DNA of 64,000 nucleotides from Eledone cirrhosa (GCA_964016885.1 OZ024741.1:126046001-126110000); one strand, 5' to 3'; positions 1 through 13,377 are shown, numbered from the stretch's first letter. Made by a program: numbers and translations. Notes: a model not told the origin generated them from the letters alone.

Positions 1-796
1 TAAATAAATAATATGCATGACATGCACACATTTAAGAATCATCATCATCATCATCGTTGTTTAACGTCTATATTCCACTCTAGCATGGGTTAGACGTGTT
101 TGTTCCGTAAATAATCCCTTTAATACCAACTTGGCCAAAATCAGCTCTGTTTCTATGGAAGAAAGCCACATTTTAACAATCTTCTTCTTCTTCTTCTTGA
201 GTGATGAGAGATGCCCATTCTACATGATCACTTGTCCTTTCATATGCCTGCTAGTAAGCAGGGCCCATGTCTGCCAGGCTTTCAATCCTAGGCCTCAACT
301 CTTTTTGTCTTCCATTTGAGGGAAGACAAAATTAGTTGTAGCCAGCATTGGCTTAAAATGCACAAGATATGTCATGGCGGCATCCTTACATTAGAAGCTG
401 TGGTCATGCTGAGTAAGACGATAACACCTTGTATGGTATATGAGATATTGTATGCTGTTACAAAAACCTTTTATAATTATTTATTTATTTATTTATTTAT
501 TGTTTTTATTTTCTTTCTTTCCCCCAGGGACCCCACCTGCTTCGATATTCGGCCGAAAGAAAGAAGATCGTTCAAGTTACCTGAAAGAAGACAAGAAAAC
601 TATCCAGAAAGCCTTCGGACAATCTTAGACGTGACGTCATTGGGTGACGATTGTGGCAATATTGCAACTGTTACTGCTTCACTTCAATTCTTCTTTTCTA
701 TACGGACACTACACATTAAATATCCGCTAATGAATATATCTTGTTAAGCAATCGACATTTAATAATAATAAAAAAAATCTTAATAAAAATAAAAGG

Positions 797-895
797 TGAC
801 TTTTCGTCTAAGGTAGCCGCACCAGAAGTCGCGTGCCTTCGTTTGGTTTTGTTTTTATAGTCGCTGGAAAGGTCTATTACTTTTAAAGTTGTTTA

Positions 896-943
<48 letters not shown>

Positions 944-1140
944 TGTATATGAAAACATACATAAACATATACATATACTATATGCTTATACACCATAGAC
1001 ATATAGGTAGCCTCGCTATCAAAGAAAAATAATTTTTTGTAACGACATGTACACACGTCTAGCGACTACAAAAATACAAAAACAAAGACATACGAAGAAA
1101 CATTACCTCAGATACGTCTACCCAAGACGAAGAATCACTG
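797..1140. mobile_element. Degenerate inverted-repeat (MITE-like) element around a (TA)n core
   Basis: gtgacttttcgtctaaggtag...tttttatagtcgctgga (797-868) is an imperfect reverse complement of tctagcgactacaaaaa...ctacccaagacgaagaatcac (1058-1138); no TSD seen. Confidence 0.35.
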
Positions 1141-2264
1141 AGTAAAATCTAAAAAGTAATATATTAGAGAAAACACAATGTTATCGAGAGCTAATGTACA
1201 CATGATTCAAAGCCAAGAGTAGATTAAGCTTGCATAGGACCCTTAGCTGAATTTATTATCGGAGGCCCTTGCATATCATTTATGGCAGCAAAAAATTAAT
1301 AAAATCAATTTGTAGCCCTTTAAATATTGTGGGGCACCCATGTCAGTACCCCCTCATCGCACCTTAATCCGCCACTGGTTCGAATACATTATGAGCAAAG
1401 CATTATTAGAAAGTCGCTCTATGGAACCGAGCACAACTCCCAGTTTAGGAAAACATACGAACATACACACATACTCAGAAACACGTACACATTAACGGCA
1501 AATTGGCTTTTCTTCATATTAACATAGATAATTATATGTATAAAAATAAATAAAAGGGTGTGGTGAGTTGAGCAGAAATAGGGGTAAAGTGTTACCGGAT
1601 TCATTGTCTTGGGAGCAGGAAGATTAAAAATATTATCTCTGTCACTTTACGTTGCACCAAATTCAAATTCCTACCGTGATACACTTTTTCTTTTATTCTG
1701 TCTAATTATCTTTCTTTCAGCAACGGTTCTCCTTAGTTGATAAAAAATATAACAAAGGAACAAAAACACAAAATAGTCCAAAAATGTTTAAGGGAGATAA
1801 CTCATACATCGGATATGGCACACACGGTTAAATTGTTATATCATAATAATAATAATGATTTCTATATTTATAATAATAATAATAGTAATAATAATGATAT
1901 GATAATAACGATAAAAGTGAAGACAACATTAAATTACAAACCACCATTGTTTTATATTTTGCGTTAATAATGAAAGAAAATTAAATTTGTATGTAACCTG
2001 CATAACGTTTTGTTGTTAGGAAAGATAAAGAAGGTAAATAACTCAACATGCACGTTTAGTGTCAAGGGAATTAACTATAAATTATTTTATTATTTTTCTA
2101 TTATTTCCATATTATTAAGTGGGAATTGTGGATTTTGGGCGATTTCACTGCCCTTGTCTATCCTTTTTTTTTTCACTATATATTTATTTATATATTTATT
2201 GAGATTTTATGAATCGCGTAAATATTCCGTATATTCAAAACAAAGAAAAAACTGTATTTAATTC

Positions 2265-2302
<38 letters not shown>

Positions 2303-2672
2303 AGACACGATATTTATTTTTCAACCCGTGAATTATCTAAAGCAATATATCCGCTACAGAAAATCCAAGAATGTTACGTGATAAAATGGTTAAAATATTA
2401 CAGCAAGTGGATTGACCGACCAGCTGGTCAGTCGTGTTGTTTGTTGAGATTTGGAAGCTCTCGGAGACTGGAATTTTCCGGTAAAACTAAAGAACTCAGC
2501 TAAATTTGTTTGTTTGAATGCTTGTTCATTGATATTTTTTATCTCGTTTTCACAATAAAAAATATATTATTAAAAGAATATTTACCTCAATTCTTTGTCT
2601 CTCTTTTGTCCTATTATTTTTTTTCACAAATGTTTTTCATGGAAATTTAGAAAAGTAAATAAATTCTAAACT

Positions 2673-2707
<35 letters not shown>

Positions 2708-2764
2708 ATAGTCTGCGGCAAGGGGACTGAGAAAATCATAAATGCAGAGTCGGTGTATTAATCA

Positions 2765-2865
2765 GGTAGAGAATGGACCTTGAACTCAGGCGGTTTTGAC
2801 TAGTTACTTCTTTTGGTAATTGAAAGAGGTAACTAACCGCTTGAGCTCGCGGTCCATCCTCTACC
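2765..2865 (+). other. ~100-nt imperfect hairpin inside a short insert flanked by (TA)n
   Basis: ggtagagaatggacc/ggtccatcctctacc, ctcaggcggtt/aaccgcttgag, agttacttcttt/aaagaggtaact; two of the non-Watson-Crick pairs are G-U on the + strand. Confidence 0.7.
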
Positions 2866-3254
2866 CAACTAATATATATATATATATAGGTAAGGGTATA
2901 TGTTACTGCTCCTAATGAAAATCTTTTAAAATTTATATTCGTGAGCTGACTTTAGGTCCTAATAGTGACTACATGTGGCACAATATGATTAATTACTTCA
3001 CGTATTAATCAATATTTTACTAAACACGCACACACATATATATCTATAAAACCTAACATATAGCTCCTTACAACTATCCAGCGTATTTAGGTAATACTAA
3101 AACTATCGAATATTAACCCTTTATTAACTATTTTGTGTACGTTGTATTATGTTATATCATGGTCAACTATAACATAACATAAGTTGTCTTCGTATTTCCT
3201 TATTGTTTTTTTCCCCATAGATTTATATGTAATAGACATTTCTGTGTAGAAATA

Positions 3255-3455
3255 ATTGTTTCAACATTTGGCACAAGACAAACGATTTACTGGGAAGGGA
3301 AAGTTGATTAAATTGACCCCCAATGCATTACTGGTACTTTATTTTATCGATTCCCGTAAGGATGAAATGCAAAACTAACCTCGACGGGTTTTGAACTCAG
3401 AACGTAAAGGCACGTAACTATATATCACAAAATATGCCAATTCACCGCTCTATTC
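3255..3455 (-). mobile_element. tRNA-derived SINE (family 1)
   Basis: Matches the recurrent motif ggcacaag...ctggtactttattttatcga...gtaaggatgaaa...cctcg...tttgaactcag; B-box GAGTTCAAA on the - strand. Confidence 0.8.
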
Positions 3456-3643
3456 CATGTAGAAATAACAATAGTGGCTGTGTGTGATGCTGCTATGACG
3501 CTGAGATGTGAATGTAGATCAATTAACTGGAATATAAAATATAAGATAGGTGGTCTTGTTTTTACTCTCTCGACACTTTATTTTATCATAGATTAATATT
3601 TAAATTGAGAAGGATGGCACACGTGTCTAGCAACCTTACCTCC

Positions 3644-3695
<52 letters not shown>

Positions 3696-3778
3696 GTGTG
3701 TATATCTGTGTGTATATGTACATATATATATAAATACATATATATGTACATATATATAAATACATATATATATATATG

Positions 3779-3817
<39 letters not shown>

Positions 3818-3859
3818 TTATATATATATGTACACACAAACACACACGCGCGCGCGCAA

Positions 3860-4272
3860 TCACATGCTTGGTGAGGAACGTGATTTTAAATATTTTGCGG
3901 GATGAAAAACAAGACCCGTTGAAGGCCATCGAATAAATATTTTTTTTTATGGAGCGAGGGACTCCTAGTCTTCATTAAGACATCTCTCTAGGAGAACGTG
4001 GCTCTGATATAAAACCTCCGACTTCGTTTACAACCAATGATGTAGACCAGTTCTACTTTTTGGGTAAATGCATTGGATATTCAGAGTGGGATTGACCTCG
4101 TGCAAAGCTTTCCTCACTTAAAAAAGCTTCAAGCATAGACATCGCTTGATATGTGATATTTTTTGCGATGCATGGTTTTGCTGGTCATAGGCAAGTCCAT
4201 AGCAGGACCAAAAGGTCATGTTCGAGAGGCGCATGTCATGGCATTACTCGAAATCAAATTGCAGCCATCATG
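3860..4272 (+). mobile_element. Non-autonomous RTE-derived element (5'UTR + 3' tail), diverged copy
   Basis: Shares ctctgatataaaacct, agagtgggattg, cctcacttaaaa and the 3' tactcga...gcagccatcat motifs with 12548-13260. Confidence 0.55.
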
Positions 4273-4345
<73 letters not shown>

Positions 4346-4604
4346 TATATGTGTGTGTGTGCGTGTGTATGTGTGTATACATAAACAGATACTTGTGTGT
4401 CTCTACGTATTTGATACAACCTTATAGTTATATATATAAAAAACCAATGTTAATGCATCAATAATTTTTATCCATCAATCCATCTATCTATAGGCCTTTA
4501 AGTCTTGATGGAGTTTGTGGTAGTTGGTCCTAGTGGAATCCACCTTCCAAACTAGGAATGAATAATAGCCGATTCCAAATAGTCGATGATATTGGACCGC
4601 CTAT

Positions 4605-5220
4605 TAATGGTTTCTGATTCAGGCACAAGACCAACAATTTTCAAGAAGTGGAAAGTCGAGTAAATCGACTCCAGTGTGTTACTGGTACTTTATTTTATCA
4701 ATCCCGTAAGGATGAAAGGCAGAGCTAACCCCAGTGGGATTTGAACTCGTGGACTATAGATTAATTGTTTCTACTTTTGGCACAAGGCCAGCAATTACCC
4801 AGTGCATTACTGGTACTTTATTTTATCGACCCCGTAAGGATGAAAGGCAAAGTCAACCTCGGCGGGATTTGAACTCAGATCGTAAAGGGACGTAACTATG
4901 CTGGAAAGCATGGCGTCCGACCCTCTACCGATACTGCCAATCCAAGATTAATGAATATTATAGAGTCGCTATACGGTCGCTTGTCATGGTAGATAGCAGG
5001 CAATTTCCCTGAAAACCACTCACCATAGGCTTTGAAACGTTCACGTTGGATAATATCGTTTTAGGTAAATTATTTAGGGATGGTCGTGGCTTTAATGTAT
5101 TCCATATTAGATTTACTGTATCAGAGCTGACTTAGAAATAAACAACAAGCGGTTGCTTAGCCTGCTAGATATAGCAGCCACATCTTCCTTAAATAATATC
5201 CTACCGTCTTGATAAAGGGT
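4605..5220. mobile_element. Composite SINE cluster (family 1 + second SINE) with a nested younger SINE
   Basis: Colinear with 40930-41345; extra SINE at 4766-4944 flanked by TSD agattaat (4758-4765 / 4945-4952). Confidence 0.75.
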
Positions 5221-5529
5221 ACATCGAAAATGTAATTCTAGATACACTATGTGTGCAAATGAAAAACAAAATGGGAATGTCAGAGTTGGGATGTTTTTTG
5301 AATAGAGCTCTGTTCGTTCGTGGATCACCTGAGACTATTACTTTCATCACAAGTATGTTGATAAAATAAACACCAGATATATCCTTGCATTGATTTAATC
5401 TACTGCAAGTATAGACAACGGGGGAAAAAAAGTGAGAAAAAAAAACAAAAACTAAGCAATACCCGAATTGTCTTCTCTTTAATGACACAATTAAAATAAA
5501 AGAGTTATTTCCCTTTTCACCCTATTATC

Positions 5530-6640
5530 GGTGGAACGTCGGACAACATGCTTTATGGCACTGGGTTAGGGTCCTTTACGATCTGAATTCAAATCCTGCC
5601 GAAGTTAGCTTTGCCTTTCATCCTTACGGTGTTGATAAAATAAAGAACCAGTAACGCACTTGGGTCGATTTAAACCCCCCCCCCCCAAAAAAAAAGATTG
5701 TTGGCCTTATGTCTAAATCAGAAATCATTACCGTCTGCCCTCAACAGTATGAATACCAAGGATTGTTCTATTTGATCGATGATTAACTACAGATGTGTAC
5801 ATGGTTTTTACACATGGTGAGGCTCAAAATTCTTTCACGATGGGCTGGTGTGTCATGGCAGAATTTGAACTCAAAGCCTTCGAACAAATTGCTCAACACA
5901 TCCCTTACGACATTCTAAGTATTCCACTGGTCTATCCCGTTTAGACTGGTAATTTATCTAATCGGTCGCAGTATAAGACTGGTACTTTATCTATCGGTCG
6001 CAGAGTGATGAAAGGTAAAATTAACTTCGGCAGGATTTGAACCCAGAACGCAAAGAGTTGGAATGAATACAACACAGTGTTTCATCATCCGCTTTAAAAC
6101 TTATCTTAATTTCACACAAATGTAAGGTTACACTTTACTGTTAAAGGTACAGTCGATAAAATCAACTGGTACTTTATTTATCGTTTCCACTACGTAGCAG
6201 GTACCTATTTTATCGATTTCGGAAGTATGAAAATCAAAGTTTGACCCTATATATTGCAACATATTTTGTCCGACGCTCTAACATTTCTACCTGTTCTGCC
6301 TGTTCGTAGCATGGAATGTGCCTCCGTCGGTTTCGACTATGAGTGTTCTAGTTGTTTGACCAAGGGAACAGCCTACTCAAGAAACTGACGTGACTGAGCA
6401 TTCCATAGACATGTGTAACTTTGATTTTTATTCTCAATGAGATTGTGTGACACAATGTGACAAGGCTGGTGGTACGGTCCTTCTGACAGGCTTCAAACAG
6501 TTTCCATCTACCCAATTTCATTCACAAGAAATAGGTTAACTCAATGTTATGGTAAATCTTACTTACTCCAACATGCTAGGCAATAGGATAGAATCCAGGA
6601 CTTAATGATTGCGAGGCAAACTTAACTATTTGGCCATGAT
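5530..6640. mobile_element. Cluster of degenerate SINE fragments (several families)
   Basis: Family-1 core on + (gcctttcatccttacggtgttgataaaataaag) and on -, plus the ggaacagcct...gactgagcattcca...gtgacaaggctgg family. Confidence 0.65.
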
Positions 6641-7329
6641 CCATCCACGTTCATTTATATAATCTGGTCTAAAAAGGTATAGACATATAAAAGGAAACAT
6701 AAAAAATATTTAAATGTAATGGTCGATCAAAAGATGGGAATGTGACCAAAAGATAACCACGGAGTTCTAATATCTGGTCTCGAGAGAATTTAACATAGAA
6801 ACTCTGCACTATACTTTGGAAGGCTATATTTTGGTCAGTATTATGAACTCACATCGATCTCTCATTTGAATCTAATACCAGCTGATAGGTAATTTCTTGT
6901 AGCTGACACTATGATATAATAGTAACACTTTGTTCAAGTCTTCCGTAAAATGCCTTTGTTTTCCTAATTGATTTCTTTGGTATCGATATATTTGAAATTT
7001 CAGTGCTGACCTACCAGGTCATGATTTGAACCCGGGTCAACAGATGTATTTCTGTACAGGAGAAATTGTATCATTTGCTAATGAGATTACATTTTAAAAT
7101 CAGCGTATTTATTTATTTATCTATTCAATTTAAACGTTCGTATAGAGCTAGTAATCCATGACACACTCGGTGAAGTATCGTGTACTCCTAACAGTTGGTA
7201 ATCAAAAAGAGCTAGTGAAAAAAGTAATAAAAAAGAAAAGAAAAAAAGGAAAAAAAAAAAGAAAAAAGGAGAAAAGGGGAAAAACAAAACAAAAATAACA
7301 TTTCAAATATTGAAGTCCAATGGGAGGTA

Positions 7330-7690
7330 GATTATGTCTAAGAAAACGAAAAGGAAAATAGGAAACAAGGGAAACTGTAAAACAGAAGTTTCTCTTGTTG
7401 AATCTTCTCGTAGCTTCCATGTACTCAAATATCTTTATATTTGGTAGACCTGTAATCATATATTGAACTTCCATTCTTGGTAGTTGTTTGAAGATTGGTT
7501 TCTGAATAGCCTCTCTCTCAGATTGGTAGTTTCTACATTGGAACAAATTTCTGGAGAGTCACCGTAAGAACATAGAGGTGAATCTCTACGACCTGATCTT
7601 GATAGAATGTAGTTCAAAGGTATATGTCCAGTTCGAAGCCAGTATATGTCACTGGCTCTTCTCCGTGGCAATGTGTTCACCATTTTGCCC
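7330..7690 (-). mobile_element. LINE 3' fragment (I/Nimb/Ingi-like C-terminal zinc knuckle)
   Basis: WLRTGHIPLNYILSRSGRRDSPLC...MFQCRNYQSERE across a frameshift; typical RLRTGH...C..C...H...C end of I-group ORF2. Confidence 0.65.
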
Positions 7691-8509
7691 GCGGGTTGTA
7701 GCTGAGACCTACCACCTAGACATGGGTGTAGATTTTACCACTCCTTCTCTCTTTCTGTTTTGCTATTTCTTTCTTTCTCGTTGTTTTTTTTTTTTTAATA
7801 TGCGAATGTTGATAAATTGTAAATTCGTTGCCTAAACATAATTACAAGAGTTGTATATATATATTTACTCACAGGAAGAAATGAAAAAAGGTAATGAGAA
7901 AATGGGATGAACTTGTCCCAAAATAAATTCGTGTGTTAGACATTATATAAGAAAATCACCTGCTTTATTTGGGTTTATTTTCTCTGTACCTATTCTCTAC
8001 AGATTTTTGCTGTGCATCAGACTCCACCGAGACTTCCCTGTGATCAAAGTATTACTTTTTATTCAAGCATTTCTAACCACCAGCTAAAGACAGTCACAAT
8101 AGAACAACTATGAACTCCACTACCAACAACCACAAGGTATTTCAATGTGACAGTTTATCGCCAGTTACACAGTGCACACAGCTTTTGTTTTCTCCACGAG
8201 CTTAAACAACTAACAAATTTCATGAACCCTAAAACATGAATGTGAATGGTTTACACATTTTTTCGTATGTTGCAACAATATAAATCCTTGGTCACTGGTT
8301 CTCCCCAAACTTTTGTCTCTCGAAGGACTTGGAAAAGCTTATTTGACCAGTTGTCGGTATGGTCAAACAATGGAATATGTTTTATACCATAAGGAAGAAG
8401 CGAAGAGCCTTTTCTTTCGAAGCGCATCCCTAACATTGCTACACCAGTGTTACGGGATCGGACGGTGTATGGGAGCCTTGATTGTATGCGGGAGGCCTTG
8501 TGCAGGCCA

Positions 8510-8790
8510 CCTCGTGGTTCCAGCGGACAGAATGGAGAAAATGTTGCTGTGCAGGATGGCAAGGGAGACGCGTTGGAATATGGATTCCAACTTGCGGGTG
8601 GCCAACTCTGCCTTAATAGTTGAAAGGAAGTGGTCTGGTGACCAAGGACTCCGGAAGCCTCCTCAGCAGCTACAGGTTCAACGACAAACCTATGGGAGAG
8701 CGATTGATATTTCGGTAGCTTGACATCTTCGACTTGACAACTTTGAAAGTCTTGCCAGGAGACACGTGCTGAGTTAAACCAATTTGCCCA
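8510..8790 (-). mobile_element. CRE-clade non-LTR retrotransposon 3' relic (restriction-like endonuclease end)
   Basis: EDVKLPKYQSLSHRFVVEPVAAEEASGVLG and, after a frameshift, IFQRVSLAILHSNIFSIL; same motif as 10657-11110 and 37925-38340. Confidence 0.65.
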
Positions 8791-9074
8791 TTCCGGTAAG
8801 TACATTCCTTTCAATTTTTATTATAAGGAATTTGTTTAACTTTGTTTCGCATTCAAAACAATATAAACATTTGATCTAATCATTGATGCTGCAACTTTAA
8901 ACATGTATATATTACTACTTTAAATCTACGTTCATTATCTTACGTACTGAATGTATGAACTTCTGTTTTATATTTCTTGAACTCTAGTTTCTTATTTTTA
9001 TAATACACGAATTATCATTCTTAATGCCTTCGAATTAAGTTGCAATATTCCATTTAAATGACTCCGTTTGTATA

Positions 9075-10025
9075 ATTCTTTACCCACAATATTACCCACG
9101 ATAATCATTTTACCCACCATTTTACCTACAATACTCATTTTACCCAAAATAATCATTTTACCCACCATTTTACCCAAAATAATCATTTTACCCACCATTT
9201 TACCCACAATAACTATTTTACCCACCACTTTACTCACGATAATCATTTTACCCACCTTTTACCCACAATAATCATTTTACCCACCATTTTACCCACAATA
9301 ACTATTTTACCCACAATAATCATTTTACCCCCAATTTTACCCATAATAACTATTTTACCCACCACTTTACCCACAATAATCATTTTACCCACCATTTTAC
9401 CCACAATAACTATTATACCCACCATTTTACTCACACTAATCATTTTACCCACCATTTTACCCACAATAATTATTTTACTCACCATTTTACTCACATTAAT
9501 CATTTTACCCACCATTTTACCCACAATAAATATTTTACCCACAATAATTATTTTACCCACCATTTACCAGCAATAATTATTTTACCCACCATTTACCCAC
9601 AATAATTATTTTACCTACCCTTTTACTCACACGAATTATTTTACCTACCTTCTTACCTACAATAATTATTTTACCCACCATTACCCACAATAAACCTCTT
9701 TTTATTGGGGGTGGAGGTGGGGTCCGTTATTTATTTGGGGAGATCGGTTTTTTATTTGGGGGGATCCGATTTTTAATTTTTTTTTTTGGGGGGGGCAGTT
9801 TTTTTTGGGGGGGTGGATCCGTTTTTTATTGGGGAGGGGGGCGTTTTTTATTTGGGGGGGATCCGTTTTTATTTGTGGATCCGTTTTTTATTTGGGGCTC
9901 CGTTTTTTAATTGCCTTCCTTTTTTTTATTGGGGGGGTCTGTTTTTTACCCACAATAATTATTTTACCTACTAGATTACCCACAATAATCATTTTATCCA
10001 CCATGTTACCCAAAATAATTATTTA
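9075..10025. repeat. Compound minisatellite (ttttacccacca / ttttacccacaataatca) interrupted by a G-rich ttttatttggggggatccg array
   Basis: Visible 12- and 18-nt units; G-rich block at ~9695-9945. Confidence 0.9.
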
Positions 10026-10460
10026 TTATGTGACCAGCGATTCTTTACTGAGACATTCTAACCACATGCTCATAATATCGGAGTTGTGATCTCTCAATTC
10101 GGAGAAGTAGCGGCTCTACCAGGAGTGACTCTCTGGTCTCTGAGTTATGCACTTTATCGAGTAACATTACTCCAAAGACCCTTCGGAGGGATCCCATTTC
10201 TGCCGCTTTTATTTGCAATTGTATTCTTTTGGTCATTACTCAAGATTCATGAACCTCGGTAAAAGTTGGCAGGAATACCATGAAGACAGCGAGTTTGGCT
10301 TTTACACTTACCTCCCTTCTTCTGATTGCTAAATGCTGAGGCTGGCGCATTACTGCATCAGCTTTTGCAATTCTTGCACTTAATTCAGCCTCCTGCATTC
10401 CATCACTCATGAACACGGCTCCAAGATATTTGAACTTCTTAGTAGAATTCCATTCACATG
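10025..10460 (-). mobile_element. RTE-clade LINE RT C-terminal fragment
   Basis: FKYLGAVF..DG...ELSARIAKA...IKAAEMGSLRRVFGVMLLDKVHNSE..ESLLVEPLLLRIERSQLRYYEHVVRM. Confidence 0.85.
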
Positions 10461-10656
10461 TATATAAATTTGAAGGACTTCTGTCCACCCGTCCATCACG
10501 CAATGTGTATGTGTGTTTGTGTGAATGTATGTGTGTGTAAAAGGAAGGAAAGGGATACACACATATAAATGTCTAACTTAAAAACAGTGGCACACACACA
10601 CACGTGTCTCTAATTTAAGAACGCCGACAAACTCACGCGCGCGCACATACACACAC

Positions 10657-11355
10657 TGTCCTACTACCACTCAAGGCCCAGGAAAACATCTCCTCAATTT
10701 TGGAACCGTCTGGGTTGTCCTGAATTGATGGGAAAAGACTTGACGGTTTTGCTCTGTGCTCTTGGTCAAGAGGTAGGTGTCTTACCTGGGACGTCACAGT
10801 TAGTGATTCTTTTGCTTCTTCCCACATTGTGGATGCAGCGGTAAGGGCGAGCGCTACAGCATCTGCAGCTGAACGGAACACAATCCTAAAATACCGTGTT
10901 CTGTCAGCTAACTACATTATCCAGCCTGTGGCGTTCGAGAGGTTTGGGGGAGTCGGGCTACTGACAGCGAGATTCTTATCTTCACTGGCGGCTCGCCAAA
11001 CAATGGTAACTGGTGATGCTCGTGAGAGCACTTGGTTGTTTCAGCACCTCAGCGTCGCCATCACCCCAGGTAACGCTGCGAGCGTGCTGGCCTGCCTCAA
11101 AAATAATTATAGAGGTTTGCCAGTGCTCCTCGTTATATTGCTATCTTTTGCTCTGGTAGCGGCTCGTTTTTCCACCCCTTTCGTCTGCATTTTGTTCTAT
11201 GGGGTCTGCTTGTGTATTTTTTCTCTTTCTTTTTTTCCTTTCCCTTTCCTTTGTATATATTATATTTGTTAGTATTTCGTTCTGTAACCATTACATTATA
11301 TGAGTTTAAAAAAAAAAGAGTTAATTAATAAATAAAGAGTTAATAAATAAATAAA
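10657..11355 (+). mobile_element. CRE-clade non-LTR retrotransposon, 5'-truncated, with A-rich tail
   Basis: GKRLDG...W.RGRCLTWDVTVSD...AAERNTILKY...QPVAFERFGG...WLFQHLSVAI..GNAASV (RLE domain); inserted after a CA tract; A-rich 3' end. Confidence 0.85.
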
Positions 11356-12003
11356 ACGTTATACTTATTTTACCCTCCCATCTCCAATTAAACCGAACGT
11401 TATCATGACTGTATGTGTGTGTTTGTGTAAATGTATATGTGTGAATGTATGTATGTCTGTGTAAATGTATATGTGTGAATGTATGTATGTTTGTGTGAAA
11501 GTATGTGTGAATGTATGTATATGTGTGTGAAAGTAAGTGTATTTGTGTGAATTATGTCCGTGAGAGTGTATTTTTATGAGTTTGTGTTTGCGCGATTATA
11601 GTTATATACTTATAATAGTTATATACTCATACATATAGACGTATGTATGTGCACAATCATACACGTCAGCATGTAGAAAGTCATAATCTCTCTATCTCTT
11701 TCATGACACACTCTCTCTTTCTATATATATGGCAATTGAAATGGTGGTGGTGGCGACGATATACCGGAAGTGCAACTTTGAAAAGAATTCAATTTCAAAT
11801 TATTTATTTTTACGAAATTATTTTTGTTTACGAAATTTAGTAGATAAATTATGTAATATTCATTCATTATTTATTCAAAGTAATCCAACTTATTTTAAAA
11901 ACGGGATAAAAAAAACCGTACGCAGGTTGGTTTGTTTACTCCGGTGTAATGTAAAATAAGTAAGTCAAACATGTTAAATTTGGTTTCGTTTATTATAAAT
12001 TCT

Positions 12004-12056
12004 CTGCTATGTATATTTCAGTGACAGCTATTATTGGTTGTGACCTCTTCAGGCAG
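12004..12056 (-). ncRNA. Type I hammerhead ribozyme (family A, left arm)
   Basis: Reverse complement of 12293-12345. Confidence 0.7.
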
Positions 12057-12292
12057 TACGAATTAATGTAGAAAGAACAGGTAAACATGGTGTTGAAATG
12101 TGTTCCACTTTGTCAATGCTTCGATATGTCCAGCTCCTGGGTGTGTTCTTAGTCCTCCAGGGAACTGGAATCATATGTTTTCAGTTCCTCGGACGACTAA
12201 CAACACACCCAGGAGCTGGACATATCGAAGCATTGACAGAGTGGAACACATTTCAACACCATGTTTACCTGTTCTTTCTACATTAATTCGTA

Positions 12293-12345
12293 CTGCCTGA
12301 AGAGGTCACAACCAATAATAGCTGTCACTGAAATATACATAGCAG
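12293..12345 (+). ncRNA. Type I hammerhead ribozyme (family A, right arm)
   Basis: ctgc-CTGAAGA-ggtcaca...tgtcact-GAAA-tatacaT-A-gcag; stem I ctgc/gcag; AUA site. Confidence 0.7.
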
Positions 12346-12390
12346 AGAATTTATAATAAACGAAGTCAGATTTAACATGTTTGACTTACT

Positions 12391-12442
<52 letters not shown>

Positions 12443-12490
12443 CTACATGCATAAATAGAGAGTGTGTATGCATACACATTCACACACACC

Positions 12491-12546
<56 letters not shown>

Positions 12547-12547
12547 A

Positions 12548-13260
12548 CCCCTTAGCCTTTGTCAAGGCAGAATTCTAGGAGAAGGAAAACTCTGATATAA
12601 CACCTGCAACCCTGATGGTATCCAATGATGTTGACTTGTTCTTCTTCTTGGTAAATATCATCTTGGTTAAGAGAGTGGGACTGGCTTTGTGCAGTGCCTT
12701 TGCTCACTATAAAAGCTTCACAGCACAGGCATTGCTTTATATCTGGAGATCTCTCTGCACTTGTCATCACATGGTACCATGGGCCTTGCACTATGTGTCA
12801 ATAATGGTCACAAGTGTAGTCTTTGTACCAGAGTTTTCAAGTCGCTGGCTGGACTAAAAAGTCACATTCGTTCAGCGCATCGGTAGGGGTTCTCCTACAT
12901 GGATATAAAGTAGTGGCCGTACTCGAAAACGAGTTGGCAGCCACCATGTATGTATGGGAGTGAAGGCCCCCTAGCCTTTGTCAGGGCATTCTTCTAGAAG
13001 GCAACTCAGGAAACTAGGATAACTCCGATATAAAACCTGCGGCTCAGTAGTTACCGATGATGTTGATCTTTTCTTCTTTTCGTGTTATAGCTACTGTCGC
13101 TCAGAGAGTGGGATTGGCTCTGTGCACAGTCTTTCCTCACTTAAAATAATATCTTCACGCACAGGCATTGCACGATAGAATTAATTAATAATTATTAATA
13201 ATGGTATATCTTGCAATGGCCATACTCGATAACGAGGGGCAGCCATCATCATGTATGTAA
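12548..13260 (+). mobile_element. Two tandem non-autonomous RTE-derived elements
   Basis: Duplicated 5' block (12548-12735 vs 12968-13172) with ggagaaggaaaactctga; first copy keeps the C2H2 tail HKCSLCTRVFKSLAGLKSHIRSAH*; shared 3' ends followed by (atgt)n. Confidence 0.65.
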
Positions 13261-13316
13261 GTATGTATGTATGTATATAAACACACACTTATAAAGACGT
13301 GTGTATTTGTATATAC

Positions 13317-13377
<61 letters not shown>

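Larger units (their letters stand above)
11952..12397. mobile_element. Fold-back hammerhead element, family A
   Basis: ~195-bp inverted arms with few mismatches plus an imperfectly palindromic centre; one HHR per arm, pointing outward; right end abuts (TA)n. Confidence 0.85.

Noticed and set aside
8313-8800. Possible + strand exon with a GTAAGT donor / 136-aa ORF
   Set aside because: The - strand carries CRE endonuclease-end motifs; the + ORF has no recognisable features
9075-9700. Telomeric repeat
   Set aside because: Units are 12/18-nt, not (TTAGGG)n
11952-12397. Palindromes as DNA-transposon MITEs
   Set aside because: No superfamily TIR/TSD signature, one-sided tails, single-arm copies exist, and ribozymes are shared with PLE 3' ends
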